This document shows, one piece after another, positions 17,663-26,483 of a DNA stretch of 64,000 nt (positions within the stretch are counted from its first letter, which is position 1; each line of letters opens with the position of its first letter). The translations under genes were made by a program, and so were the position numbers. This DNA is from Vicinamibacterales bacterium (GTDB lineage: Bacteria; Acidobacteriota; Vicinamibacteria; Vicinamibacterales; G965249535): assembly GCA_965249535.1 (NCBI GenBank), contig OZ252241.1:2684730-2748729 (forward strand), in the 5' to 3' direction. The notes under the pieces are model-generated. The model saw nothing but the letters and a program-made list of their open reading frames with translations, was not told the DNA's origin and searched no databases.

Positions 17663-20134
17663 ATGGCTTCCCTAGGTTCCTTTATTCTTCTCCTGGCGTT
17701 TGTTGTTTGTACTTACGCGGCCGTGATATCTGTTGTCGGGGCGCGGCGAGGGTCGACTAGCTTAACTGAAAGTGGAGTAGGTGCATTCTACCTCGTTACG
17801 GCACTGATGACTCTAGCCTCGACCATCATTGTCCACGCCTTTGTTACAGAAGACTATTCGATAAGGTACGTCGATAACTACTCAGATTCTGCGCAACCCC
17901 TGTTTTACAAGCTGACGTCATATTGGGGTGGCCTGGACGGGTCAATCATGTTCTGGGTATTTCTGCTCTCGGTGTTTGGCGCTATTTCAGTACGCTCGAA
18001 TCGTGAGCGTCAACGGGAGCTAATTCCGTATGTTGTGGCCGTTATCTCAGTCGTCATGATGTTCTTTCTTTTCTTGATGATTGTTCACAAGAATCCCTTT
18101 GCGACTTATCTCACTCAGACGCCAATGGATGGTCGGGGATTAAACCCGCTCCTACAGAATTTTTACATGGCCATTCATCCGCCATCGCTCTATACGGGAT
18201 TCGTTGGCATGACGATACCGTTCGCCTTTGGTATGGCAGCTCTCATTACTGGTTACGTGGACGACTCATGGCTACGCGCGGTTCGCCGTTGGACCATGAT
18301 ATCCTGGCTGTTCTTGTCACTTGGCTTAACGCTAGGTATGGTCTGGGCCTATGAAGAACTTGGTTGGGGTGGTTGGTGGGGGTGGGATCCGGTAGAAAAT
18401 GCGGGTCTCCTTCCTTGGTTCACAAGTACAGCCTTTCTACACTCGGTTATGGTGCAGGAGAGACGGAGTATGCTTCGCGTCTGGAACCTCTCCCTCGTCA
18501 TCCTTACATTTTTCCTAACGATTTTTGGGACATTCATGACACGCTCTGGAGTTGTGCAGTCTGTTCACGCTTTTGGAGAAGATACCCAACTCGCGTGGAT
18601 GTTCATCGGATTCATGGTGATTCTGCTTTCGGTAAGTTTTGGGTTGCTGATTTACCGCCTACCTTTGTTGCGTGCGCGTAATGATCTGGAGTCTTGGGCC
18701 TCTCGAGAGGCCGCGTTCCTGGTGAATAATTGGATTTTATTATTTTCTGCCTTTTTCGTTCTGTTCGCCACCATGTTTCCAACGTTGAGTGAAGCTGTTA
18801 CTGGAGAGCGATTGACAGTGGGGCCACCATTCTTCAACAAGTGGATGCTACCAATTGGCTTGGCTCTGTTACTTCTGACAGGCGTTGCGCCACTACTTGC
18901 ATGGAAGAAGTCGACATTGTCAAACCTCCGATATCAATTTGCATGGCCAACTCTGTTGGGAATGATTACTGCAGTAGCAATTTACGCGCTCGGGTTCCGT
19001 GTATGGGTGTCTGGTATTTGTTTTGCTTTCTGTGCGTTCGTACTTGGAACACTTGGGCAAGAGTTCGTGCGTGGGGCGAGGGTGAGGCAAGGAGCCACTG
19101 GAACCGACATCATGACTGCGCTCGTGGGTTTGGTTTCAAATTCTCGCCGCCGTTACGGCGGTTATATCGTTCATGCAGGAGTTGTATTGATGTTTCTTGG
19201 GTTTGCTGGTGCGGGTTATAAGCTCGAGGAACAGGTACTTCTAAGGCCAGGACAGGAGTTGGAAATTGGGCGCTTCGTGGTACGCTACGATGCTCTGAGG
19301 CAAAGTACCGACGATCAGAAACAAATGTTAACTGCGTACATGACGGTGTCCGAAGAGGGAGAGTTTGCAGGGGAGATGTATCCGGCTCGGTGGTTTTTCC
19401 ACAAACACGAAACGGAGCCAACGACAGAGGTAGCCATACGTAGAAGTCTATCTGAAGATCTTTACATAACGCTTGCTGGTTATGAGCTGAGTGACCAGAC
19501 TGCTAGTTTCCAGATTACGGTAAATCCCTTGGTCAATTGGATCTGGGTTGGATTCGCTGTAGTTGCTCTTGGTACTGGGATTGCTTTATTGCCAGAGAGT
19601 ACCTTCGCCTTTGCGGCAGCAAAGATTCCTGCAGGTGCAGTAACTACAAGGATGTTGGTCATTGCAATGATGGTGACAGGTCTTTGTGTGACATTCACGA
19701 GAGCTGAACAAGCGGCTGAGCCACAACGTGTGATTGTTGTACGTAGTCCGCTAGAACGTGAACTACAACGTTCTATTATTTGCATGTGCGGCACGTGTGG
19801 CAGGAAGCTGTTGAATGAATGCATCTGTGCAACCGCTTCTAGCATGCGTGGTGAGATAGGCGAGCTTCTCGATCAAGGTAAAACAAAAGACGATGTGATC
19901 CAGTATTTCGTTGCAAAACATGGTAGTCAAGAGCCACTGGCCATGCCGATTGACGAAGGCTTTAATCGCTTGGCCTGGTTCTTTCCCTATTTTGTGGGTA
20001 TATCGGGTGCGCTAGGTGTTGGAATGGTTACGTTTCGCTGGTCTCGGAAGGCTGGCGAATCAGTACCGCCTCCTGAAGAAACCGACCCGCAATTTGAAAC
20101 CCGGTTAGATGATGAGCTCCGGAACCTCGACTGA
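17663..20134 (+). CDS. ccmF: CcmF heme lyase fused to a C-terminal CcmH-like thiol-redox module
   Basis: 823 aa. The WWD motif WGGWWGWDPVENA and many TM helices mark the CcmF body. After the CcmF-type end (NPLVNWIWVGFAVVALG) come an extra TM helix, then SIICMCGTCGRKLLNECICATASSMRGEIGELLDQGKTKDDVIQYFVAKHG (CcmH-like) and a final TM helix. Confidence 0.88.
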   Translation: MASLGSFILLLAFVVCTYAAVISVVGARRGSTSLTESGVGAFYLVTALMTLASTIIVHAFVTEDYSIRYVDNYSDSAQPLFYKLTSYWGGLDGSIMFWVFLLSVFGAISVRSNRERQRELIPYVVAVISVVMMFFLFLMIVHKNPFATYLTQTPMDGRGLNPLLQNFYMAIHPPSLYTGFVGMTIPFAFGMAALITGYVDDSWLRAVRRWTMISWLFLSLGLTLGMVWAYEELGWGGWWGWDPVENAGLLPWFTSTAFLHSVMVQERRSMLRVWNLSLVILTFFLTIFGTFMTRSGVVQSVHAFGEDTQLAWMFIGFMVILLSVSFGLLIYRLPLLRARNDLESWASREAAFLVNNWILLFSAFFVLFATMFPTLSEAVTGERLTVGPPFFNKWMLPIGLALLLLTGVAPLLAWKKSTLSNLRYQFAWPTLLGMITAVAIYALGFRVWVSGICFAFCAFVLGTLGQEFVRGARVRQGATGTDIMTALVGLVSNSRRRYGGYIVHAGVVLMFLGFAGAGYKLEEQVLLRPGQELEIGRFVVRYDALRQSTDDQKQMLTAYMTVSEEGEFAGEMYPARWFFHKHETEPTTEVAIRRSLSEDLYITLAGYELSDQTASFQITVNPLVNWIWVGFAVVALGTGIALLPESTFAFAAAKIPAGAVTTRMLVIAMMVTGLCVTFTRAEQAAEPQRVIVVRSPLERELQRSIICMCGTCGRKLLNECICATASSMRGEIGELLDQGKTKDDVIQYFVAKHGSQEPLAMPIDEGFNRLAWFFPYFVGISGALGVGMVTFRWSRKAGESVPPPEETDPQFETRLDDELRNLD

Positions 20135-20756
20135 AACTTCTACGTTTAGCCCCTGGCATTTTTTCACTTTGGCCGCCTTAGTTGGTGCCACTATAGGTGT
20201 GTTGTTTATTGAACAGACCAGCCTGGCAGGGCTGATTCTACTAAGTCTGACAATCGGTGCAGGCGCTCTGGTTGGGCTAGGGTTGTATCGCACTCTGCGC
20301 CCTTTAACGGACAGCGTCTTGATCGAGGTTACGGAAATGGTAGGTGATCGAACACGAGCGGCTGTTGAGAGAGAAAAGACCCTGGTACTTCGTTCAATTA
20401 AGGAACTTGAATTCGATCGTGCCATGGGGAAGGTGTCCGAGAGTGATTTTAGTGAGATGTCTAGTCGACTACGAGCCCGTGCTATAAATCTGATGAAGCA
20501 ACTCGATATTCCAACGCCAAGCCATCGAGATTTAATAGAAAAAGAGCTTGATTTTAGATTAAGTGATTTGAAGGCTGCTAGTTCGTCTGAAGAGAGGAAT
20601 GAACAGGTGTTAGGGATTGATGTAGATGCGCCAGGAGATGACACATTTAGTAAGGGTGTCTGTGCGGAATGTGGAACTTCAAATGGTCCAGATGCACACT
20701 TTTGCAAGCGTTGCGGAGAAAAAATAATAGCGTCAGTAGTAACCGGGAAGCAATGA
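20109..20756 (+). CDS. Membrane protein with CcmI-N-like coiled segment and C-terminal zinc ribbon
   Basis: Two TM helices are followed by LRSIKELEFDRAMGKVSESDFSEMSSRLRARAINL and then the zinc ribbon CAECGTSNGPDAHFCKRCG. It overlaps the ccmF end by 26 nt. Confidence 0.6.
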   Translation: MMSSGTSTETSTFSPWHFFTLAALVGATIGVLFIEQTSLAGLILLSLTIGAGALVGLGLYRTLRPLTDSVLIEVTEMVGDRTRAAVEREKTLVLRSIKELEFDRAMGKVSESDFSEMSSRLRARAINLMKQLDIPTPSHRDLIEKELDFRLSDLKAASSSEERNEQVLGIDVDAPGDDTFSKGVCAECGTSNGPDAHFCKRCGEKIIASVVTGKQ

Positions 20757-20805
20757 TTAGAAACAGATGTGCACGTGGTACCGATGACTAGGAATTCATA
20801 GTGCG

Positions 20806-22035
20806 ATGGATAGAAGACAAATCCAGGATCTCATGTGCGTTGTCGGTATGGTCGGTCTATTTGTCTCGTTAGGGCAAGCTCAACCAGATCCGCGCGAGAT
20901 GTCTGGTATTCCTCTTCCTGTCGGTAGTTTGGAAAGTGGAACTATCACGGTTAGGGTGGTTCGAGGTCAGTTGTCGAACAATATTCTCGGTCAAACCGTT
21001 AATCTCTACCAAGGCGATACTATCTTACTGACGTCCTTAACAAACGACAGTGGGCGAGCTCATTTTTCTGGTCTCAGTCCTGGCACACAAGTGTATGTTG
21101 AAACGACAGTTGGTGAAGAGCGTGTCAAGTCACGACGATTCTCCGTGCCACGTGAAGGTGGTATCAGACTTATGTTGGTGGCGAGTGACGAAGAAGAGTC
21201 GTCTAGCGAAGTGATAACTGCGGAACCTGGAACTGTGACGCTAGGTGGTGAATCCCGATTTCTAATAGAGCTTGGGGAGGAGAACGTAGACGTCTATTAT
21301 TTGTTTGACGTTGTGAACAGTTCGACCGTGCCTGTTGTGTTACGAACACCACTGGTTTTTGAAATACCGAGCGGTGCTCAAGCCGCGACAATATTGCCCG
21401 ACTCGACTCCACTAGCCAGCGTGGATGGGTCGCGTATAAGGGTTACAGGGCCGTTCGGGCCTGGCCGTACGCCTGTAAAGGCCGGCTATGCCCTTCCGTA
21501 TTCTGGTGACAGTATTGAAATTTCTCAACCTTTGCCAATCGACCTTGAAGAAGTTCTCATAATCGCTGAGAAAGCTGGAGAGATGGAGATTGTGTCATCG
21601 CAAATCATCAGAAGAGGAGAGATGGAACCGACCGATGATCGAACTTACCTGCTCGCCGTCGGTTCTGGGATTCCGGCCGGTGGAGCGTTGACCTTTAGCC
21701 TCGTTGGACTTCCTTATCACGGTACGTTACCCCTTGTGATTGCCTTAATAATTTCCCTATGGATTGTAGGTTGGGGTATTTGGGCAACAGCAAAGGCTGA
21801 CAGTGTTGGTTCCGATAAGCGACAGGAGCTTGAAGTTCAACGTGAACGACTGTTTAGAGAACTAGTAAGAGTTGAACTGCAGCAACGTTCGGGAAGAATT
21901 GGTCCAACGCGTTATGAAAAACGACGGTCAGATCTTCTCGTTCTTCTCGAACAGATTTATCAGAGGCTTTCTGAAGAACTAGCACCGGCGATTTTGGGGT
22001 TTCATGAAACAGCTAAGCGGAAGTTATCTGTTTAA
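20806..22035 (+). CDS. Hypothetical exported protein with C-terminal TM anchor and cytoplasmic coiled tail
   Basis: 409 aa with a signal-like N-terminus. It has a beta-rich ectodomain (GTITVRVVRGQLSNNILGQTVNLYQGDT), the TM helix LPLVIALIISLWIVGWGIWA, and then RERLFRELVRVELQQRSGRIGPTRYEKRRSDLLVLL. Confidence 0.6.
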   Translation: MDRRQIQDLMCVVGMVGLFVSLGQAQPDPREMSGIPLPVGSLESGTITVRVVRGQLSNNILGQTVNLYQGDTILLTSLTNDSGRAHFSGLSPGTQVYVETTVGEERVKSRRFSVPREGGIRLMLVASDEEESSSEVITAEPGTVTLGGESRFLIELGEENVDVYYLFDVVNSSTVPVVLRTPLVFEIPSGAQAATILPDSTPLASVDGSRIRVTGPFGPGRTPVKAGYALPYSGDSIEISQPLPIDLEEVLIIAEKAGEMEIVSSQIIRRGEMEPTDDRTYLLAVGSGIPAGGALTFSLVGLPYHGTLPLVIALIISLWIVGWGIWATAKADSVGSDKRQELEVQRERLFRELVRVELQQRSGRIGPTRYEKRRSDLLVLLEQIYQRLSEELAPAILGFHETAKRKLSV

Positions 22036-22070
22036 CGATTCAAGACGTCCGGTTATATTGTTGGACTCGC

Positions 22071-22751
22071 ATGCCGGGAACCTCTATAGATATTTTTGAT
22101 TTCGATCGCCTAATCCTGTCCGATGTATCTCGATTTTTTGGTCGGAGGCGTGCGCTTTCTCATGTGTCTCTAGTTTGCAGGGCTGGAGAAATTATACGTC
22201 TCCTTGGTCCAAACGCAGCTGGAAAATCTACGTTGTTAGCGGTTGCTGCGACAGTTATTCAACCGTCGTCGGGAGAGGTCCGCTACGGTGAGTACAGTGC
22301 AAACGAGGGAGGTTCAGCTCTGCGTGGTCGTCTGGGCTTCCTTTCGCATGATCTCCAACTGTATCCGGAATTGACGGCGCGTGAGAACCTAGAGTTTTTT
22401 GCAAGATTATATGGATTGAGTGATTCGCGCAGATGTGCTCATGCGGCGCTTGAAAGAGCTGCTTTAGTGGCACGTGGTGATGATCTCGTGCTAAGTTTTT
22501 CTCGGGGCATGCGGCAGCGTGTAGCACTCGAACGAGCGCTACTGCATGAGCCTCGGTTGGTGTTACTTGATGAGCCTTTCACAGGACTCGATCAGTCGTC
22601 GAGTCGGGCGCTGAGAGACCGTCTTTGCCGGCTTCGTGTTGATGGGCGGATCGTGCTGTTAGCAACGCACGACCTTGATGTGACCAAGGGTTTCGTTGAT
22701 CGAACTGTTAATCTCATGGACGGACGAGTTATGTCGATAGCTGATTACTAA
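22071..22751 (+). CDS. ccmA: Heme exporter ATP-binding protein CcmA
   Basis: Walker A GPNAAGKSTLL, signature-like FSRGMRQRVAL and Walker B LVLLDEPFTGLD. It sits immediately upstream of ccmB/ccmC. Confidence 0.85.
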   Translation: MPGTSIDIFDFDRLILSDVSRFFGRRRALSHVSLVCRAGEIIRLLGPNAAGKSTLLAVAATVIQPSSGEVRYGEYSANEGGSALRGRLGFLSHDLQLYPELTARENLEFFARLYGLSDSRRCAHAALERAALVARGDDLVLSFSRGMRQRVALERALLHEPRLVLLDEPFTGLDQSSSRALRDRLCRLRVDGRIVLLATHDLDVTKGFVDRTVNLMDGRVMSIADY

Positions 22752-22754
22752 AAT

Positions 22755-23462
22755 GTGTTAGTGGAAGAACTTAAGGAGACTATGTTTTTTAAGGTAGCCT
22801 GGCTGGTAATGCGCAAAGATATGATGGTGGAGTTACGTACTAGGGAACTACTGTATACAACGTTGTTTTTTGCAGCCTCGTGTGTTCTTGTTTTTGTCTT
22901 TGGCTTTGTTCACGATGGAAGAGTAGTCTCAGATGCCGTGGCTGGTATTTTGTGGATTGCAATTGCATTTACAGGTACTCTTGCACTCGGCCGAACGTTT
23001 GAACGTGAAAGGTACAACGATGTTATTGGTGCGCTACTGATAGCGCCAGTTGATCGTCCGGCTATATATCTCGGTAAACTACTTGGAATCATTGGATTGA
23101 TGGGGTTAGTGGAGATCGTAATTGTTCCACTCGTCGCGCTGCTTTTTCAGGCGCCGTTGCTAAGTTCGCATTTTGTGTTGAATGTCATGCTACTCGCGAG
23201 TGGGACGATCGGATTTGCTGCGGTCGGAACTTTGTTCGCAGCAATGCTCGTTAACACACGAAATCGGAACGTTCTGTTGCCGGTGTTGCTGTACCCGATC
23301 ACGATTCCAGTGATCATTGGAGGAGTACAGGGCACAGCCGCCTTGCTTCAACCGGAATCAGATCCTCTGATGGCGCAGGCATGGATTGGCATGTTAGTTT
23401 TTTTCGACGCAGTTTTTATCACACTTGCATTATGGACATTTGAGCCAGTCATGACCGAATGA
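22755..23462 (+). CDS. ccmB: Heme exporter membrane protein CcmB
   Basis: 235 aa with about six TM helices, between ccmA and ccmC. The GTG 22755 start is uncertain; ATG 22782 is an alternative. Confidence 0.8.
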   Translation: MLVEELKETMFFKVAWLVMRKDMMVELRTRELLYTTLFFAASCVLVFVFGFVHDGRVVSDAVAGILWIAIAFTGTLALGRTFERERYNDVIGALLIAPVDRPAIYLGKLLGIIGLMGLVEIVIVPLVALLFQAPLLSSHFVLNVMLLASGTIGFAAVGTLFAAMLVNTRNRNVLLPVLLYPITIPVIIGGVQGTAALLQPESDPLMAQAWIGMLVFFDAVFITLALWTFEPVMTE

Positions 23463-23570
23463 GTTCTAAGTCATAGGGATTAACGTATGATTTTTGATTC
23501 GACGGTTGAGAGTGTTGATTCTGAAACCTGGGATTGCAGTTAGCCAGATACGAGAAAGTTGATAATACTC

Positions 23571-24230
23571 ATGGGTGAACGGCTGTTTAGGACGTCCGTT
23601 GGTCTACTTGTGGTTTTGTTTACGATGGCTCCGATTGTGATTGCTTTGGCACCTTACGAGTCGACGATGGGACTAGTGCAGAAGATTTTTTACTTTCACG
23701 TTCCTTCATGGTTCGTGATGTTTTCTTCAGCATTCGTTTGCGGCATATGTAGCGCTATATACCTATTTAGTAGGAAGGGGTGGACTGGTCGTGTTGCACT
23801 GGCGGCATGTGAGTTAACCGTCCTATTCGGTCTAATCGGGCTCGTGACGGGACCATTGTGGGCCCGAAGAGCATGGGGAGTATGGTGGCAGTGGGACGCA
23901 AGATTGACCACCGCTCTGATTCTCTGGATGGTGTTTGTTGCGTATCTGTTGGTACGAAGATATGGTGGACCTGGTTCGGATAAGTTAGCTGCCGTGATGG
24001 GGATGTTCGGTATGGCTATCGTACCTTTTGTTTACTGGTCAGTGAACGTTTGGAGGACTGTACATCCTACGACAAATGTAGTGCCAACACTGGGCCCAGG
24101 TATGAGAGGAGCGTTTTGGTTGTGCTCGGCAGCCTTTTTACTGCTCTATGTGGTGGTACTTGTGGTTCGCACGCAACTCGAAACTCAGCGGGCAAGACTC
24201 GAGCACCTCTACTTGATGTTTGAGGAATAA
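23571..24230 (+). CDS. ccmC: Heme exporter/heme-handling protein CcmC
   Basis: Polytopic, with the WWD motif WGVWWQWDARL. ATG 23571 is preferred over TTG 23559. Confidence 0.88.
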   Translation: MGERLFRTSVGLLVVLFTMAPIVIALAPYESTMGLVQKIFYFHVPSWFVMFSSAFVCGICSAIYLFSRKGWTGRVALAACELTVLFGLIGLVTGPLWARRAWGVWWQWDARLTTALILWMVFVAYLLVRRYGGPGSDKLAAVMGMFGMAIVPFVYWSVNVWRTVHPTTNVVPTLGPGMRGAFWLCSAAFLLLYVVVLVVRTQLETQRARLEHLYLMFEE

Positions 24231-24320
24231 TGAATTAAGTAATAGGGACTCGAGGCTTTTGTGAGAATTGGAATCAAGAGTTAGAGGTCGATTGTACTGA
24301 TACGTGATCTTAGACTGTTA

Positions 24321-24692
24321 ATGTTCGGTAGATGGGCGGCGGGTAGAAACGACATGATAAGACGTCCAAACCTGAAGAGATCAGCAAGAAGGTTAGTATC
24401 CAGACGAGTTTTGTTTGTACAACTGACACTTCTTTGCGTTGTTCTACCGAGTTCTTTGACTATCACGGCATATCTACAACAACCGGAGACGGCATTGGAC
24501 GAGTTCGTTCCAATCGATCAGTTACCACCAGAAGATCAAATTCCTGCGGCCCCATTACTCATCATTGCATATGCGTTCGCCTGGATTGCCCTATTAGGAT
24601 ACTTTTGGTCAATCAGGCTGCGCCTGAATAAGATAGAAAATGAGTTGACAGAGGTAACACGTCTTGCGAATGAACGAGGTCGAAATAGGTAA
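24321..24692 (+). CDS. ccmD: CcmD-like small membrane protein with N-terminal extension
   Basis: The C-terminal segment PLLIIAYAFAWIALLGYFWSIRLRLNKIENEL resembles the single CcmD helix, and the gene lies directly after ccmC. The extra N-terminal TM helix is unusual. Confidence 0.5.
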   Translation: MFGRWAAGRNDMIRRPNLKRSARRLVSRRVLFVQLTLLCVVLPSSLTITAYLQQPETALDEFVPIDQLPPEDQIPAAPLLIIAYAFAWIALLGYFWSIRLRLNKIENELTEVTRLANERGRNR

Positions 24693-24874
24693 TGTTGGAA
24701 GGGATGACGTCTGGCCATTTCATCTTTATTCCATCCGTATTGTTATTTGGTGTTGTGATCGGTTGGATTTTAGGTGCCCGTGCGGCGAGTGATGCTTACG
24801 CGATGGAGCTACAACGTCGAGCCAAACGGACCGATAAAACGACAGTGGATCCGACGACAGGTTCACCTCCTTGA
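24692..24874 (+). CDS. Hypothetical small single-TM protein
   Basis: 60 aa. Its ATG overlaps the preceding TAA (TAATG). One TM helix, FIFIPSVLLFGVVIGWILG. No family recognised. Confidence 0.4.
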   Translation: MLEGMTSGHFIFIPSVLLFGVVIGWILGARAASDAYAMELQRRAKRTDKTTVDPTTGSPP

Positions 24875-24902
24875 TGCCGCTGATTTTGGGATGCGCTCGA
24901 AT

Positions 24903-25652
24903 TTAGCGGCCCAGTGCCAGGCGGTATGCTAGGTACTCCGGTAGTTCAGACTCGAAGATTTTCTGTTGTGCCAGATTCACAGGGTAATCAATCCGATACA
25001 GTGTTACTTGGCTCTCTTTTGAATCAAAGATCGCATATGCAGCTCTCGGATCACCGTCTCTCGGTTGCCCTACAGATCCAGGATTTATCAGGTACTTACA
25101 ATCCCTGTGTATAGCTACGGTGGTTATTCCTTCTGGATTGGAGTCTGGGATTAAGGCCTGAAGGCTGCCTTCTGTTGACTCGAAAACTACCGGCACGTGT
25201 GTGTGGCCAAAGAAGCAAATTTGGTGTTGTGAGGCCTCTAATGCGCGTTTCGCGTCCAGCTCATTGAATACATAGACATCTTCATCGAATGGCGTACCGT
25301 GACAGATTTCAATTTGTCTATCTATTATGCATGGGCCAGACGGTAAATTGGCTATGCGCTCCAGATTTTCTACTGTTAAAGTTTTGAGTGTCCACATCGC
25401 CGCTTGGGCAGCAAGACGATTGAAGTGTCTAGCGGTACCGATGCCAGATGCGACCTTGTCATGGTTACCACGAATCAGTGAATTTGGTTCCAGTTCGTAC
25501 AAGCGATCCACGACTTCGTTTGGGCTTGCACCGTAACCTACCAGGTCACCAAGCACAAGGAGTCGGTCGTAAGTTCCTAACGGTACGGCCACTAATATAG
25601 CGTCAAGCGCTTCAATGTTACCGTGTATGTCTGTTAGGACGAGCCAGCGCAT
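24903..25652 (-). CDS. Metallophosphoesterase (calcineurin-like superfamily)
   Basis: Contains the motifs LTDIHGN, LGDLVGYG, RGNHD and GHTHVP. Confidence 0.85.
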   Translation of the reverse strand: MRWLVLTDIHGNIEALDAILVAVPLGTYDRLLVLGDLVGYGASPNEVVDRLYELEPNSLIRGNHDKVASGIGTARHFNRLAAQAAMWTLKTLTVENLERIANLPSGPCIIDRQIEICHGTPFDEDVYVFNELDAKRALEASQHQICFFGHTHVPVVFESTEGSLQALIPDSNPEGITTVAIHRDCKYLINPGSVGQPRDGDPRAAYAIFDSKESQVTLYRIDYPVNLAQQKIFESELPEYLAYRLALGR

Positions 25653-25742
25653 ATGTGAGCTATCACCGTCAGAAAGTCAACGATTGTTGGCCAAGAATCT
25701 TCTGGTTTTACTGGTGGGTTTGATTTTTAGACTTCTATTCAT

Positions 25743-26243
25743 TTAATAACCTAGCCATTCCAATGTTCGTTCAACTAGCTCATCCACCGGGGCACGTGTT
25801 GAGTCCAGCCGAAGGTGTGCGTGCCGATAAGTTTCGCTACGTAGTGCGTAGACATGTTCTAGCGTTGATCGGTCAATCGCAACTGGTCGGCGACCATCGA
25901 CAGGTAATCTGCTGATGATTTGTTCGAATTCAACGTCCAGCCAGATCGAGACGCCATCCTGATTGATCAGGGCTCGGTTATCGGAGTCTACGAAAGTACC
26001 ACCCCCAGTGGCGACAACAATATTTCGGAGTGGCAGCAGACGAACGAGAGCTTCGCGTTCCGCGGAGCGGAAATAGGGCTCACCTTGCTGGGCGAAGATA
26101 TCAGCAATTGAACGGCGCTCCCGCGTTTCCACGAGATCATCAATGTCCTCAACTCGCCATTGTAGACGGTTGCCGAGTGCACGGGCCACTGTCGTTTTTC
26201 CAGCTGCCATGAATCCAACCAGGTAAAGTTTATCGGTTTTCAT
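25743..26243 (-). CDS. aroK: Shikimate kinase
   Basis: 166 aa with Walker A GFMAAGKTTVARAL and RERRSIADIFAQQGEPYFRSAERE. It lies downstream of aroA. Confidence 0.9.
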   Translation of the reverse strand: MKTDKLYLVGFMAAGKTTVARALGNRLQWRVEDIDDLVETRERRSIADIFAQQGEPYFRSAEREALVRLLPLRNIVVATGGGTFVDSDNRALINQDGVSIWLDVEFEQIISRLPVDGRRPVAIDRSTLEHVYALRSETYRHAHLRLDSTRAPVDELVERTLEWLGY

Positions 26244-26483
26244 TTACAGAAACCGCTCCTGGAAATATTTCATACAGATGTTTTGCTTTGACATGGCTGT
26301 TGCACTGTATTCGTCATGTCGCTCCATCTTACTTTTTAAATTCGTAGTTGAGTGTGAGCGAGGTGCTTCTTTCTGACGGTGTTTGTTTAAGGTAAGGATC
26401 TTGAAAGTGATCATCATGAGTTGAGTGCCATAGTTCACATTTTGAAATTTAGTCAAACTCAAAAATTAATTTCAGTTTTATTG

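Noticed and set aside
20105-20707. A 200-codon minus-strand ORF almost exactly antisense to the 215-aa plus-strand ORF 20109..20756, which might be an overlapping gene pair.
   Set aside because: The minus-strand product is Ser/Arg/Pro-rich with no TM helices or motifs, which is typical of an antisense shadow. The plus-strand product has coherent features (two TM helices, a coiled segment, a zinc ribbon) and fits the ccm operon strand.
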